Source of the DNA: a virus
Lineage: Duplodnaviria; Caudoviricetes
DNA: 56,348 nucleotides
Reading direction: 5' to 3' (one strand)
IMG/VR virus record: IMGVR_UViG_3300025030_000129
Coordinates: 1-56,348 of that record
The translations under genes and the position numbers were made by a program. A model generated the notes under the pieces. The model worked only from the letters and a program-made list of their open reading frames with translations. It did not search any database and was not told where the DNA came from. Shown in pieces: positions 25,680 to 35,429 of the stretch; within the stretch, counting starts at the first letter, position 1, and every line of letters begins with the position of its first letter.

Positions 25680-26242
25680 CACATACCTCCTTGCGGCGCC
25701 GGCGGTCCGCCCTGGCCCCGAGCCGAACGGGTGCCCATCTTATCCAGCATGTCCACAACTGTGAGGAACGCCGTTTTCCGGTCGGCCGGCGACAGTTCGA
25801 AGAATCCTTCGCCGGCAGCGATTTCCCCGAGCTCCGTGATTACCGCCTTTACCGCATCGACCACCAGTTTCATTTCGAGTTTTCGCCGGGTCTGCCCGCG
25901 GACATCGGCGATCCGGTTGCCGACGATGTTCCCGGCGATAACCCCGACTCCGTGGCCGATCGATTCCTGCGGAACCTCGGACAACTGCTGCACGATATTA
26001 CCGTGGGTCCGTTCGTCATACAGTACCTGCAGGAGGTCATTCGAGAACTGTAACGCCTCGACCTTGGTTGCCGGGAACGGCTTACCCCGCTGCGGTGGTC
26101 CGTCCTGCGCCCGCTGCGGTGGTCCGTCCTGCGCCCGCTGCGGTGGTCCGTCCTGCGCCCGCTGCGGTGGTCCGTCCTGCGCCCGCTGCGGTGGTCCGTC
26201 CTGTTGCGCCTTATCCATCATCGGTAGATCCATAATTTTCAC
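25679..26242 (-). CDS. hypothetical virion-module protein with QDGPPQRA repeats
   Basis: ORF overlaps both neighbours; tandem repeat at N-terminus. Confidence 0.7.
   Translation of the reverse strand: MKIMDLPMMDKAQQDGPPQRAQDGPPQRAQDGPPQRAQDGPPQRAQDGPPQRGKPFPATKVEALQFSNDLLQVLYDERTHGNIVQQLSEVPQESIGHGVGVIAGNIVGNRIADVRGQTRRKLEMKLVVDAVKAVITELGEIAAGEGFFELSPADRKTAFLTVVDMLDKMGTRSARGQGGPPAPQGGM
26086..26203. repeat. 24-bp tandem repeat, about 5 copies
   Basis: cccgctgcggtggtccgtcctgcg x4.9. Confidence 0.95.
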
Positions 26243-27288
26243 CAGTATCCGCTGTTACCTTCAGAACCGCCGCCGCGGGCGCCACCGGCATTCCCGGCCG
26301 CCGCGCCGCCACTATTCCCGCCACTATTCCCGCCATCGTCATTATCATCGTCATACGCTGAATCGTGACGGTCCCGACTGTCTATATCCGCATCGCCGCG
26401 GAACCCGCCAGCATACCCAGAATTACCCGGGGTTCCGTCATTGTTCCCTAACGAATTAAGCCCACTGGTTTTTGTAATAGCGGGTGTCGTATCGAATTCG
26501 CGGGACAATTTATCCAGTCGATCGAGGTATCCCATCAGGCTACTGTCATCGAATCCGGCCTGTTTCGCCGACGACGCCAGCTGACCAGCGGTGGTTGACC
26601 CATAGGCGGCATCCAAGCCGAGTCCCTTATCGGTTATTCCGAGTGCATCCATCCCCTGCTGCGTGGACGCCATCCCCGCGGTGTCGGATGGGTCAAATCC
26701 GAACGAATCTTCAACTGCATCCCGTTTCGCTTCACTGGTCCGGGAATCGGCCAAATCGCCGAGCCATCCGTCGCGTAACGATGATTTTACGGCGTACCCC
26801 GCCAACGATCCTGCCAACATACCGCCCAACGGGCCGGCAACTGCCGTACCGAGCAGGGCTGCACCCGTGTTTATGCCGGACGAGAGGGCAGCTGCGGAGT
26901 AATTCGAATCTTTTTTTGTCGATTCACCCGCCAGGGCCCCCGCCATCGACGGTAATCCGGGTAATCCGGGCAGGGCGGCGTTCACTGCGGTACTCGCGAG
27001 ATTACTGGCCAAAGACGACAATAAAGAATCTTGCAACTGATCGAAACTGGTAGACCCCAGAGCAGCATTGACACCCGATTGTATCGGACCGGGAACTCCC
27101 GCTAGATCCATACCCAGATTGGCCAAACCGGACGGAATCGAACCGAGATCGGCCGATGTGGTCACAGAATCGGGATCGGTCACGGTATTTGATTCCGGTC
27201 CCTGTGGGATCAATTCCCCCCGGGCGGTATTCAGGTACGGCAGTAAATCCAACGAACCGTTATACTCCGAGGACGGTGCGACAATCAT
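26239..27288 (-). CDS. putative ejection (DNA transfer) protein
   Basis: Gly/Ala/Ser-rich with glycine-zipper LLGTAVAGPLGGMLAGSLAG. Confidence 0.6.
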   Translation of the reverse strand: MIVAPSSEYNGSLDLLPYLNTARGELIPQGPESNTVTDPDSVTTSADLGSIPSGLANLGMDLAGVPGPIQSGVNAALGSTSFDQLQDSLLSSLASNLASTAVNAALPGLPGLPSMAGALAGESTKKDSNYSAAALSSGINTGAALLGTAVAGPLGGMLAGSLAGYAVKSSLRDGWLGDLADSRTSEAKRDAVEDSFGFDPSDTAGMASTQQGMDALGITDKGLGLDAAYGSTTAGQLASSAKQAGFDDSSLMGYLDRLDKLSREFDTTPAITKTSGLNSLGNNDGTPGNSGYAGGFRGDADIDSRDRHDSAYDDDNDDGGNSGGNSGGAAAGNAGGARGGGSEGNSGYW

Positions 27289-27716
27289 TTTCGCACCAAC
27301 CGGGTGATCCCCATATCCATCGGCTGATTGATCGAGGCGTTATGTTTTTTCACCCGAGCGTCGTATAATTCGGCCGCATTCGATCCGCCGCCCCCACCGC
27401 CCCCGCTACTCTTACGCATTTCGTTGGCCTGGTTGGCCATCCACAATTTCAGCGCACCGCTGGCCGCGCCGCCGAGGACCGATACACCCTGATCGGATGT
27501 TACCCAGCCCCAGATGTCGCTGAATACACTGGTGTCAGAATCGTCCGATCCACCTGTTGAATCCACATACCAATCGTCGGACCCCAGGTCGTAATTATTC
27601 GTATCGGTCCAATCGCTCCCAGATCCCGATGATTCGAGGTCGTAATTATTCGTATCGGTCCAGTCGCTCCCGCCAGAATCGAACAATGGAAGATCCCATT
27701 CGTAATCGCTTGCCAT
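27285..27716 (-). CDS. putative ejection protein
   Basis: GGAG SD; duplicated GSDWTDTNNYDL; glycine zipper. Confidence 0.6.
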   Translation of the reverse strand: MASDYEWDLPLFDSGGSDWTDTNNYDLESSGSGSDWTDTNNYDLGSDDWYVDSTGGSDDSDTSVFSDIWGWVTSDQGVSVLGGAASGALKLWMANQANEMRKSSGGGGGGGSNAAELYDARVKKHNASINQPMDMGITRLVRK

Positions 27717-27725
27717 ATCGTCTCC

Positions 27726-28583
27726 TTATGCGTAACTGAAACCCATATCGAGAATCACGTTGTTGTTCTTCAGCGCCGAATTCATAATCGAGGTTAATTT
27801 ATTTTTCACCTCTTCACCGAACTCGATATCCGGGTTGTTCAACAGCGATGTGATGTTCCCCATAAGTGCCGTCGACAGGGTTGTATTCGCCGCAAGCATC
27901 GCCTGTTTTTCGGCTGAACTGATATTGAGTTTCGTTAAATACCCGGCGTATTCCTTCTCATAGGTTTCTTTGATCGCGGATACCTTCGTCTGCCAGTTCG
28001 CAATATCCTGTGATCCGATCAGGTTCGCTTCAGCCTGAGCAAGCGGTGTCATGGCGTTCTGTACGGCCCGCTGTGCCGCGCCGCCCTGCTGGGAACTGTG
28101 GATCGCTCCCGACGCTGCGCCGAATTCCTGGGCGTTGATCTTCGCCTGTTGCATGGGGACGCTATCGACAGACTGCATCCGTTTCAGCTGAGTGGCGACA
28201 CTGGCCCCCCGCCGCATGTTGAGGGGCGGAAGTTTTCCCAGTGTCGGGGCAACAGGTTCCGGTTCGGTTTTGGCGCCCGTATTCCCGGTAAGGGTCGGTA
28301 AATAATCGTTAGAACCAGATGAGGTGGAGGTTGGTTTACTTACCCCGCCGCCTCCACCGCCTGACGGTCTTCCGAGAGAATCGAAGCCGGCGAACCATGC
28401 GGTACTGAGGTTCGAGTTTTCAAATCCGGACGAACCAGGGGTCGGTCGTGCCGATCCGGCCTTCGCGGCGGCCATGCCTCGATTATACCCATCCTGCAAC
28501 CGTGCATTCGAGCTATACCCCGGTGCCAGGCCCGCCACGGTTGGATCTGAATATGTGGCAAAATCTTTCGAGTCAAAACCCAT
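27726..28583 (-). CDS. putative internal virion protein
   Basis: Gln/Ala-rich helical C-half; position after the tail genes. Confidence 0.6.
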   Translation of the reverse strand: MGFDSKDFATYSDPTVAGLAPGYSSNARLQDGYNRGMAAAKAGSARPTPGSSGFENSNLSTAWFAGFDSLGRPSGGGGGGVSKPTSTSSGSNDYLPTLTGNTGAKTEPEPVAPTLGKLPPLNMRRGASVATQLKRMQSVDSVPMQQAKINAQEFGAASGAIHSSQQGGAAQRAVQNAMTPLAQAEANLIGSQDIANWQTKVSAIKETYEKEYAGYLTKLNISSAEKQAMLAANTTLSTALMGNITSLLNNPDIEFGEEVKNKLTSIMNSALKNNNVILDMGFSYA

Positions 28584-28586
28584 GGT

Positions 28587-29063
28587 CTACTCCCACGATA
28601 TGGTTATATCTTCACCGTCGTTTACGGCTTTTACCATCGCCCGCATCTTACCATCGAGTGTATCATACGCCATAGCAATTGCAATAAGTATCGATTCACC
28701 GGTAAGTCCATCACCACGGATCGGTAAAACATGTGGTGTCTCATCCGTTTCGTAGAATGTCCGTTCGGTTATCCCGAGCTTGTCAGCAAACTGAATCGCC
28801 CGGTCCAGTTTATCAATCGACGACCAGCCCCCGTCGAATCGCAATCCGCCAACTTCTACCGGTTTCCGCGATTCGATAACGAACTGCGCCATGATTTCCG
28901 ATTTTATGGCGTCCCGGTCGTTATCGGTGAACGGTTCGGTTATCCCGCCGGTCTTCAGCCATTTTTGATAATCGGCCCATTGCCACGTGTCTGGACGAAT
29001 ACCGAAAACCCCATCCGTCGGGATACACACGGAGGTCTGTTCTACATTCTCGAATTTATACAT
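28587..29063 (-). CDS. tail fiber assembly chaperone-like (DUF4376-type)
   Basis: WADYQKWL..G N-terminus, VGGLRFD, terminal ITISW; follows the fiber gene. Confidence 0.65.
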   Translation of the reverse strand: MYKFENVEQTSVCIPTDGVFGIRPDTWQWADYQKWLKTGGITEPFTDNDRDAIKSEIMAQFVIESRKPVEVGGLRFDGGWSSIDKLDRAIQFADKLGITERTFYETDETPHVLPIRGDGLTGESILIAIAMAYDTLDGKMRAMVKAVNDGEDITISWE

Positions 29064-29065
29064 TA

Positions 29066-30499
29066 TTAAGCTCCTGGTCTGCAGTCGGCCACCCATGTAC
29101 CATTGTTAAATCCGTTAGCGTTGGATAATCCAGTCGCCTGAACACGGAACGAATCAGTGTATGCCGTGGGAACCGTGGGGGTACAATCAGTACTTGAACC
29201 CGACGAATAATAACTCCATCCGTTCAAGGTAACGGTCGGTACCCGACGTTTCGGAATTACGAACGAACACATCGTGTACAGTGCGGTGATCCCGGACGCT
29301 CCCGCGTTTCGATAACTATGAGTTGCCCGGCCGGTTTCCCATAATTCGTTTATCCGCCTCAGCTCGTAACCGGGATCGAGGTCGATGGAATCCCCATCAA
29401 TACCCCCTTCCACCAGACGAACCCGGGCGATATCGAACGTACCGGACTGTTGGCCGAGGGACGCCGATCGAACATCGAACGACGAACCGGCATCAAACCA
29501 CAGTCGGAGGTAGGTACGGCTATCCTCGTTACTCCCTATTGTTTTCCCGGCAATACCTGGGATATCGAACGACAGGGTTCGCTTGGCCCATGCAGTGGTC
29601 AACGATACCAGTTGCCCTACCCCTGTGACACTCGTCGACGGCGACCCGCCCGTACCGAAACTCTGACCGAATTCGGCGGCGATATTCTTAACGTCATCGG
29701 CCTTGGCGTGGAACGAGAAAGTAACGGTTTTACCCGCCAACCGTCTGACATCATCGATGAAGAAAACCTTGCAGCAGAAATTACTGGCCCCCGCCGAGCT
29801 CGTGACGGCGGTCCGCGAATAATATTTTACGCCTCCTGGTACATCGGTCTGTCCGAGGGTGAACGTCTGCCGGCTGTGTGTTTTCGTGGATCCTGAATGT
29901 GTATTCGAACACATCACGTCAGAACCGTACCCGCTCGATGTCTGACTGGTACCCTCGAACCAGTTTTCGAAATCGCCGTCGATGATGTAATTCAGATCCC
30001 TCTTTGCTGCGACAATGATTGTATCGTCCCCGATAGTGAGGCCCATACCGTTCCCGGCAACGAGGGATTTCGTACCGTCTACCGCCGTACTGCCCGGAGT
30101 CGATACGATCATGAACGAGTCAACCGCTTCGATGTATTTTAATTTAAACGGGTACCCGCTGAGTAATTCCCCGCCGATCAAAGCAGTGCGGTCTATGGTA
30201 CGAATCGCCTTCGCCCCCAGATCGTTCAGATTGAGTGTTGCCGGTCCATCGTTGGTGATAGTCGGCACCAACCATACTTCCTGTCCATCAGCGAGGCTTG
30301 TCGGGGCCTCGGTCAAACTCATCACATAGGCGTTGATCACCCCCGTGTCGACCGCTGACAGGATGGCATCGCCGGTTTGAATGGCTGTAACCAGACTGGC
30401 GATGCCATTTTCTAAAGCCGCCAGTGGATTGTTCAAATCTGCGGCGTATACGATGTTACCATCAACGACCTGATACGAAGTATCTGTGAAAAAACTCAT
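29066..30499 (-). CDS. tail fiber protein
   Basis: TNDGPATLNLNDLGAKAI; NYIIDGDF..W..GTS; ELRR near C-terminus. Confidence 0.8.
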   Translation of the reverse strand: MSFFTDTSYQVVDGNIVYAADLNNPLAALENGIASLVTAIQTGDAILSAVDTGVINAYVMSLTEAPTSLADGQEVWLVPTITNDGPATLNLNDLGAKAIRTIDRTALIGGELLSGYPFKLKYIEAVDSFMIVSTPGSTAVDGTKSLVAGNGMGLTIGDDTIIVAAKRDLNYIIDGDFENWFEGTSQTSSGYGSDVMCSNTHSGSTKTHSRQTFTLGQTDVPGGVKYYSRTAVTSSAGASNFCCKVFFIDDVRRLAGKTVTFSFHAKADDVKNIAAEFGQSFGTGGSPSTSVTGVGQLVSLTTAWAKRTLSFDIPGIAGKTIGSNEDSRTYLRLWFDAGSSFDVRSASLGQQSGTFDIARVRLVEGGIDGDSIDLDPGYELRRINELWETGRATHSYRNAGASGITALYTMCSFVIPKRRVPTVTLNGWSYYSSGSSTDCTPTVPTAYTDSFRVQATGLSNANGFNNGTWVADCRPGA

Positions 30500-32580
30500 G
30501 TTTCTTGCCCCACCAATCCGAGTTGAATGTAATCGACCGTTGCCATCAAAAATACGAACGGGTTGTCATACCGTGTTCTATATACGACAAGGATGCTCAT
30601 GTTCGGCCCGTATCCGTCCAAGTACGCCAGTATTTCCGATACGATTGTGCCGCCCCAGACGAAATTCCCGTAACCGGCGTTCAGTCCGAAATACCCGCCG
30701 ACCCCACCCAGTTCGTTAATGCTCTCGATGACCGGTCGTGGGTAACCGGGATCTCCGTACGCATGGTTCACACCGTAGGTGAATTCCGTGTCCCCGGTCA
30801 GCAGAACCGGCGACTCAAAATTGAGAACCATCTGCGGGAACGATTTCAGACGACGGTTGTTCCCGTAGCTAAAAAACGGTACCCGAAACGACCCGGTCAT
30901 GTAATCGTCGTCAAACGTATTCCCGGAATCCATCCGGTACAAATACCCGGTGGTCGACAGGAACCAGATTTTTTCAACGGAATTTTCGATGGTACTCCAT
31001 GCCTTCAACACTGGGACCGGCAGGGAAACGGATGTTCCACCCTTTGGTTTACCAGCGTCGAACGTAGCGTAGATCGCCGTTCCGTTGTCAACAAATAATC
31101 GGTACTGTGATTTCGTCCGACACCACAATGAACAAGTGATATTCTCGATGATGTTCGACAGTAACGGTTGAATCTCGCGAAAAATCGAATTCGACTTGTA
31201 CCCGGCGGTATCCTGCGTGGGGTAAACCACTCGGTATTCGGTCCCGGAAATAAACACTGCGGGGCCTTTTTCCGCTACGGTCCCGGAGATCGCCCCGATA
31301 GAACTATCATGCTCGATGAATTGCCAATCACGGATCTGAGTCGCGTCATCCAGTACCCCCGTACCGAGCAATAGCCACACTGACGATTCGGTGAATATGG
31401 TCAAGGCGTTACCGTGGATTTTCCGCGATCCGACCAGTTCTGCACCGGCGGAGTAGGTGACGGAGCCGAGCAGGGCGTTATACACCCGTGGTTGCCCGGA
31501 TACCGACATCACCCACTGACCGCCCGGAAAACCGATGTGCAGACGTTCCTGATGGATGTCGATGAGGTACGGGTAGGTCGTCGGGAAATCTGGGAAGAAA
31601 ATCGGAATATAATCCGTCCCGTCGAATTCGAAAGCCTCGCCGACACCGGTCACCCCATAGACCGAATCGGCATCGGCAACGTTCGTGAAATTATAGGTCC
31701 GGGTCTTGTAGTCGCCCCCGACCGGCAGGGTATAATCGGCGTTCGATGTGAGAACCGTAGCCTTCGTCACCCCGCCGACCGTCAGGACCGCGCCGACCGG
31801 AAATGTCCCGCTGGCATCTTTCAGGGTGAAATATCCCTCGGCCTGGTCGGCTGCTGGCAGCGCACCGTTCCAGGCGCCCGATTGTACCGTGATCGACCGG
31901 ATTTTCGCGGTCCTGGTCCCGTCAGTAATAGTGTTACCAACGGCGGGTAGGGAAACCCCTTTCTCAAAATACATCACTTGGGGCATAACGATGGCGGTCC
32001 AGGCGTAGGCATCGCCCCGATACAGGACCCCATTCCGAACTACGTAATTTTTTCCTCGGAGACGGAACCCGCCCGACGGGGTACCAGTCCCGGTAATCGC
32101 GGGGATGTTGTCGCGAGTCTGTTCAATCGCCTGACGGATGTAGGCATGATCGGTGTTCTGGGTGATCGCTGCAACGGTAAACTCTACGGTAGCCCCGGTA
32201 CAGACGTCATTGACCGCCCATTCTGTGTCGTGCGTAGCGACGGTCAGAAGATCGCCTGCTATCGGTTCGGCAATGGCGTTCAACGCTCGGCACGTTAGAT
32301 CCCCGGATTCGAACAGGTCATCAACAGCAATGGCCCCGCCGGTAGGCGAGGTTATTTCGAAAATCTTTACCAACGTGCCTGATGGCAGGGTATCGTCCGT
32401 GCATCGCTCGAAACCACCGATCCGGCCGTACCCCTGTCGGCCTACGATCATCTCGACGTTGGACCCGGAAATCAGAGCGCCGGGTTTTTTTATCGCCTGA
32501 ACCGATGTGAGATCGAGCCCCCCGTCAAGCAGGAACGAAAACGACTGCGGTTCCTGAAATTTTATAGCCGGCGGACTCAT
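30496..32580 (-). CDS. tail nozzle / stabilization protein (tubular B / gp10-like)
   Basis: GGLDL N-terminus, beta-propeller-like 694 aa; position in operon. Confidence 0.65.
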   Translation of the reverse strand: MSPPAIKFQEPQSFSFLLDGGLDLTSVQAIKKPGALISGSNVEMIVGRQGYGRIGGFERCTDDTLPSGTLVKIFEITSPTGGAIAVDDLFESGDLTCRALNAIAEPIAGDLLTVATHDTEWAVNDVCTGATVEFTVAAITQNTDHAYIRQAIEQTRDNIPAITGTGTPSGGFRLRGKNYVVRNGVLYRGDAYAWTAIVMPQVMYFEKGVSLPAVGNTITDGTRTAKIRSITVQSGAWNGALPAADQAEGYFTLKDASGTFPVGAVLTVGGVTKATVLTSNADYTLPVGGDYKTRTYNFTNVADADSVYGVTGVGEAFEFDGTDYIPIFFPDFPTTYPYLIDIHQERLHIGFPGGQWVMSVSGQPRVYNALLGSVTYSAGAELVGSRKIHGNALTIFTESSVWLLLGTGVLDDATQIRDWQFIEHDSSIGAISGTVAEKGPAVFISGTEYRVVYPTQDTAGYKSNSIFREIQPLLSNIIENITCSLWCRTKSQYRLFVDNGTAIYATFDAGKPKGGTSVSLPVPVLKAWSTIENSVEKIWFLSTTGYLYRMDSGNTFDDDYMTGSFRVPFFSYGNNRRLKSFPQMVLNFESPVLLTGDTEFTYGVNHAYGDPGYPRPVIESINELGGVGGYFGLNAGYGNFVWGGTIVSEILAYLDGYGPNMSILVVYRTRYDNPFVFLMATVDYIQLGLVGQET

Positions 32581-33260
32581 AGGATTTCAATGACATGAGA
32601 GATTGACGACTGGGACTTATTGTCGTCTTCGTTACCGGGCAGACAGTGCGCCTTCATTTCCCGGTAGGTATCTTCATGTTCGACGTATGCCGACTGGTAG
32701 AGCCCGCTGTCATGTGATTTTTCGGCAAAATAAATTTTCGCCTGGGCCACGATGAGATCATGGAAATCTTCAGGGATAAGTGACACCTGATTCTGGTTGA
32801 CGAGGGGTACCGGTGCCCGCCAGTAATCCGCGGTAAGGGTGTAATCCCCGTCGGGGGCGGGTAAGATCGCGAGTTTGCCATTCGGCTTGATGGACACATA
32901 GGTGGGCTGATCCGTTTCACTGTACTGGTGCCGGTGAAAATCCCGCCATTCCTTGTAATCGACGTACTGCAACTGAACAGCATCAGACGTACCGGCATCG
33001 AGCCAGAACGAGGTCTGGTCGAACATACCGAGGCCAGGCGGCGGGCTGATCTCGCCGCCTGTTTCCGCACTGATCTCCCGCTCCCATTCGGCCCACAGGA
33101 ATTTCCAGTTGGCTTTTCGCCGCTGGATCTTCCTATTAGCCTTGATGATGTAGTTGATCAACCGCAGGTGCATGCCGGTCTGGCCCGATACGGTGGAAAT
33201 GGTACCCTGTACCCCGACTTCCTCCCGTAGCTGTTCACATAGTTGCAGAAACGTGGGCAT
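32577..33260 (-). CDS. head-tail adaptor (tubular A-like)
   Basis: MPTFLQLC..., W.FL, PAPDGDY, IPEDFHDLIV. Confidence 0.7.
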   Translation of the reverse strand: MPTFLQLCEQLREEVGVQGTISTVSGQTGMHLRLINYIIKANRKIQRRKANWKFLWAEWEREISAETGGEISPPPGLGMFDQTSFWLDAGTSDAVQLQYVDYKEWRDFHRHQYSETDQPTYVSIKPNGKLAILPAPDGDYTLTADYWRAPVPLVNQNQVSLIPEDFHDLIVAQAKIYFAEKSHDSGLYQSAYVEHEDTYREMKAHCLPGNEDDNKSQSSISHVIEIL

Positions 33261-33263
33261 GGG

Positions 33264-33599
33264 TTACGCCTCTTCGATCAGTCGACCGCGGGCATCGAAT
33301 GTCCGGCCGTCCTGTTCATGGGTTACACCGCCGGAAAGGGTACGGGTTTTTGAATACGGTCGGGACCGATCGAGCTCGTTCCGTTTAACCTGTTCGGCCG
33401 CCGGCGTACCGGGCGTCAGGGCGGCGAGGGCTTTAAGAACCTGGTCCATCTGGGCCTTGAGAGCGATGTTCTCGGCCTGCAGGGCGGCGAGGGCCGGATC
33501 GGGGGCGTCCGCCTTACGGCTGGATTTCTTCGGCTCAAGAACCAGAGGCGGCGCCGGGGTATCACCGGAGCGGGAGAGGGCTTCGTTCAGATCAGTCAT
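33264..33599 (-). CDS. hypothetical protein
   Basis: LDRSRPY...EQDGRTFD motif; head-module context. Confidence 0.65.
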   Translation of the reverse strand: MTDLNEALSRSGDTPAPPLVLEPKKSSRKADAPDPALAALQAENIALKAQMDQVLKALAALTPGTPAAEQVKRNELDRSRPYSKTRTLSGGVTHEQDGRTFDARGRLIEEA

Positions 33600-33771
33600 G
33601 GGATTCTTCCTTGTGGGATTTTATCGGGATGGAACGAGGGGTCCGAGAAACACGACTATCACCCCAACCGTCGAACAACGGTTTTCGCTCGGACAGGCCG
33701 TCCTTTACGCAACTGTCATCCGAACCGGGTTTCACGTTCTCGTACACCTCGTCGAACGGCATCATTTTCAT
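33592..33771 (-). CDS. 59-aa hypothetical protein
   Basis: Manual ORF MKMMPFDEVY...VKDGLSERKP...; fills the operon gap. Confidence 0.55.
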   Translation of the reverse strand: MKMMPFDEVYENVKPGSDDSCVKDGLSERKPLFDGWGDSRVSRTPRSIPIKSHKEESHD

Positions 33772-33818
33772 AATTTCACCAGTCGTGCCGGGTGTTACGC
33801 CGGCACTTCCTCGTCGGG

Positions 33819-33968
33819 TTATTTTCTTACGGTGAACTTCCCAGGCTTGTCGCCGCCAGACGCTTTCGTATCCTGCTGCATCGGGCGCTGGGTTGCCTCA
33901 TCGGTTTTACGGGGTTGCTTCTGGCCGACCGGTGTTTGTTCGGTCAGGCCTTTTTTCAAAACGTCCAT
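33819..33968 (-). CDS. 49-aa hypothetical protein
   Basis: GAGG SD; MDVLKKGLTEQTP...GKFTVRK. Confidence 0.6.
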   Translation of the reverse strand: MDVLKKGLTEQTPVGQKQPRKTDEATQRPMQQDTKASGGDKPGKFTVRK

Positions 33969-33993
33969 AGTTTACCTCAATGGTTATTGTTGA

Positions 33994-34389
33994 TTAATAC
34001 CAGTCGATATACACGCAGACGTAGCCTTGTCCGGTGAGGGCGGCACCAGTACCCTCGGTAAGGGTGACGTGTACCGCAGTCTCGGCCGGGATATCGGCGG
34101 CGATGATAGCGTCGGTATCGTCGAGTTTATTGACAACGGTATTGTCGGCGGCGCCAGTGGGGATATTCAATTTCCCATAGGCGTCTAGATCGTCAGATTT
34201 ACCGACCTGCACATGGGCTAAGGTAGTGACGGTTTCAAAAACCTCAGTCACCCCTACGGCGATATCGACAAGTCGACCTTTTTTACCGGCCGGCCCGGCA
34301 ATGGTATGAGTGGTTGCGCCGGCAGACGCCCCGAAATCCATGTTCGGGAAATTGTAACACGCGTGAATCGGATTATCATATCCAGGCAT
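33994..34389 (-). CDS. capsid decoration/cement-like protein
   Basis: AAGGAG SD; beta-rich 131 aa immediately after the MCP. Confidence 0.6.
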   Translation of the reverse strand: MPGYDNPIHACYNFPNMDFGASAGATTHTIAGPAGKKGRLVDIAVGVTEVFETVTTLAHVQVGKSDDLDAYGKLNIPTGAADNTVVNKLDDTDAIIAADIPAETAVHVTLTEGTGAALTGQGYVCVYIDWY

Positions 34390-34411
34390 TTCATTTACTC
34401 CTTTTGTTGAA

Positions 34412-34439
34412 TCGGTACGACCGTTACCAGTCGTACCGA
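34412..34439. other. 10-bp perfect hairpin after the MCP gene
   Basis: tcggtacgac/gtcgtaccga. Confidence 0.6.
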
Positions 34440-34466
34440 AATTATTATCCAGTCACGGTACGGCCG

Positions 34467-35414
34467 TTACGCGGCCGAGGCCCATTTCAAAATACGATTC
34501 TGTACGGCGCCGGTCTGATTATGAACGATACCGAACCCGTTCAGACTGTACCAAGCGACACCACGAGCACGGCCGTAATCGGTCGGGATCTTCCCGCGGA
34601 TCTCTTCCGGAACCGCCACACCTTCGCAAACGGTATCGGCGCCGAAGAAATAGGCCGCATCGGATTTCGCATTGGACCAGCCTTCCGAGTCCACACTGGT
34701 CTGCTCGAAAAACCGTACCCCGTCGTAGGAACGGCCGATCTCACCATTCATGATATCGCCGTAGCCGCGATCGGTATACATCGACAATGCTTCCAGGTCG
34801 TCCTTGATCGGACGGAAGGTCGCCGGGCGACCAATACACCCGTAATTCGAACCATCGAACGCCGGAAGGTTCCGTTCCTTCATCTCATCGACAATCAATT
34901 TCACGTGGGAATTACCCATGGCAACGTTGTTTGTTGCGGTGGGGGTACCGGTTACCTCAACGGTGATCGCCGTCTCACTGGTTCCAGACGCCGGGGTAAC
35001 GGTGAGCAGAGTATCATCCCACTGTTCGTGAGCGGCCGATTCGAGTGTGTCATTCGCGTCGTCCTTCAGAACCTGGTGAATAACCACAGTGACGGGTTGT
35101 TCGGACAGGTTGTCCAATTTTTCGGTGAACGGTACGGAATTTCCGAATTCTGTAATAGTTAAGCTACCTTGCGAGATCGTGAAGTTGGTTTCCGGCATCG
35201 CTTCATTCTCTGAAAGCGCCCGGCCGCCGGTAGCAACCTTGGAATAAATGTTCCAGTGGTGGATTGCCCCTTTATTCTTCCCGATTGCCGGGTCGATGAA
35301 ACAGTGCTGACGAAAACGCATCAGCGGTTGAAGTGCCATACGGAGAATATTAGACAGCGTATCGCTGTACATATATCCGCCGAGTTCATTGGTTGCCCAG
35401 ACTTGTCCAGCCAT
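34467..35414 (-). CDS. major capsid protein
   Basis: Follows portal and scaffold; TITEFGNSV, GEIGRSYDGVRFFE, DYGRARGVAWY. Confidence 0.88.
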   Translation of the reverse strand: MAGQVWATNELGGYMYSDTLSNILRMALQPLMRFRQHCFIDPAIGKNKGAIHHWNIYSKVATGGRALSENEAMPETNFTISQGSLTITEFGNSVPFTEKLDNLSEQPVTVVIHQVLKDDANDTLESAAHEQWDDTLLTVTPASGTSETAITVEVTGTPTATNNVAMGNSHVKLIVDEMKERNLPAFDGSNYGCIGRPATFRPIKDDLEALSMYTDRGYGDIMNGEIGRSYDGVRFFEQTSVDSEGWSNAKSDAAYFFGADTVCEGVAVPEEIRGKIPTDYGRARGVAWYSLNGFGIVHNQTGAVQNRILKWASAA

Positions 35415-35429
35415 TGTAAATACTCCTTA

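Noticed and set aside
26086-26203. CRISPR array
   Set aside because: The repeats are contiguous with no spacers and are in-frame coding.
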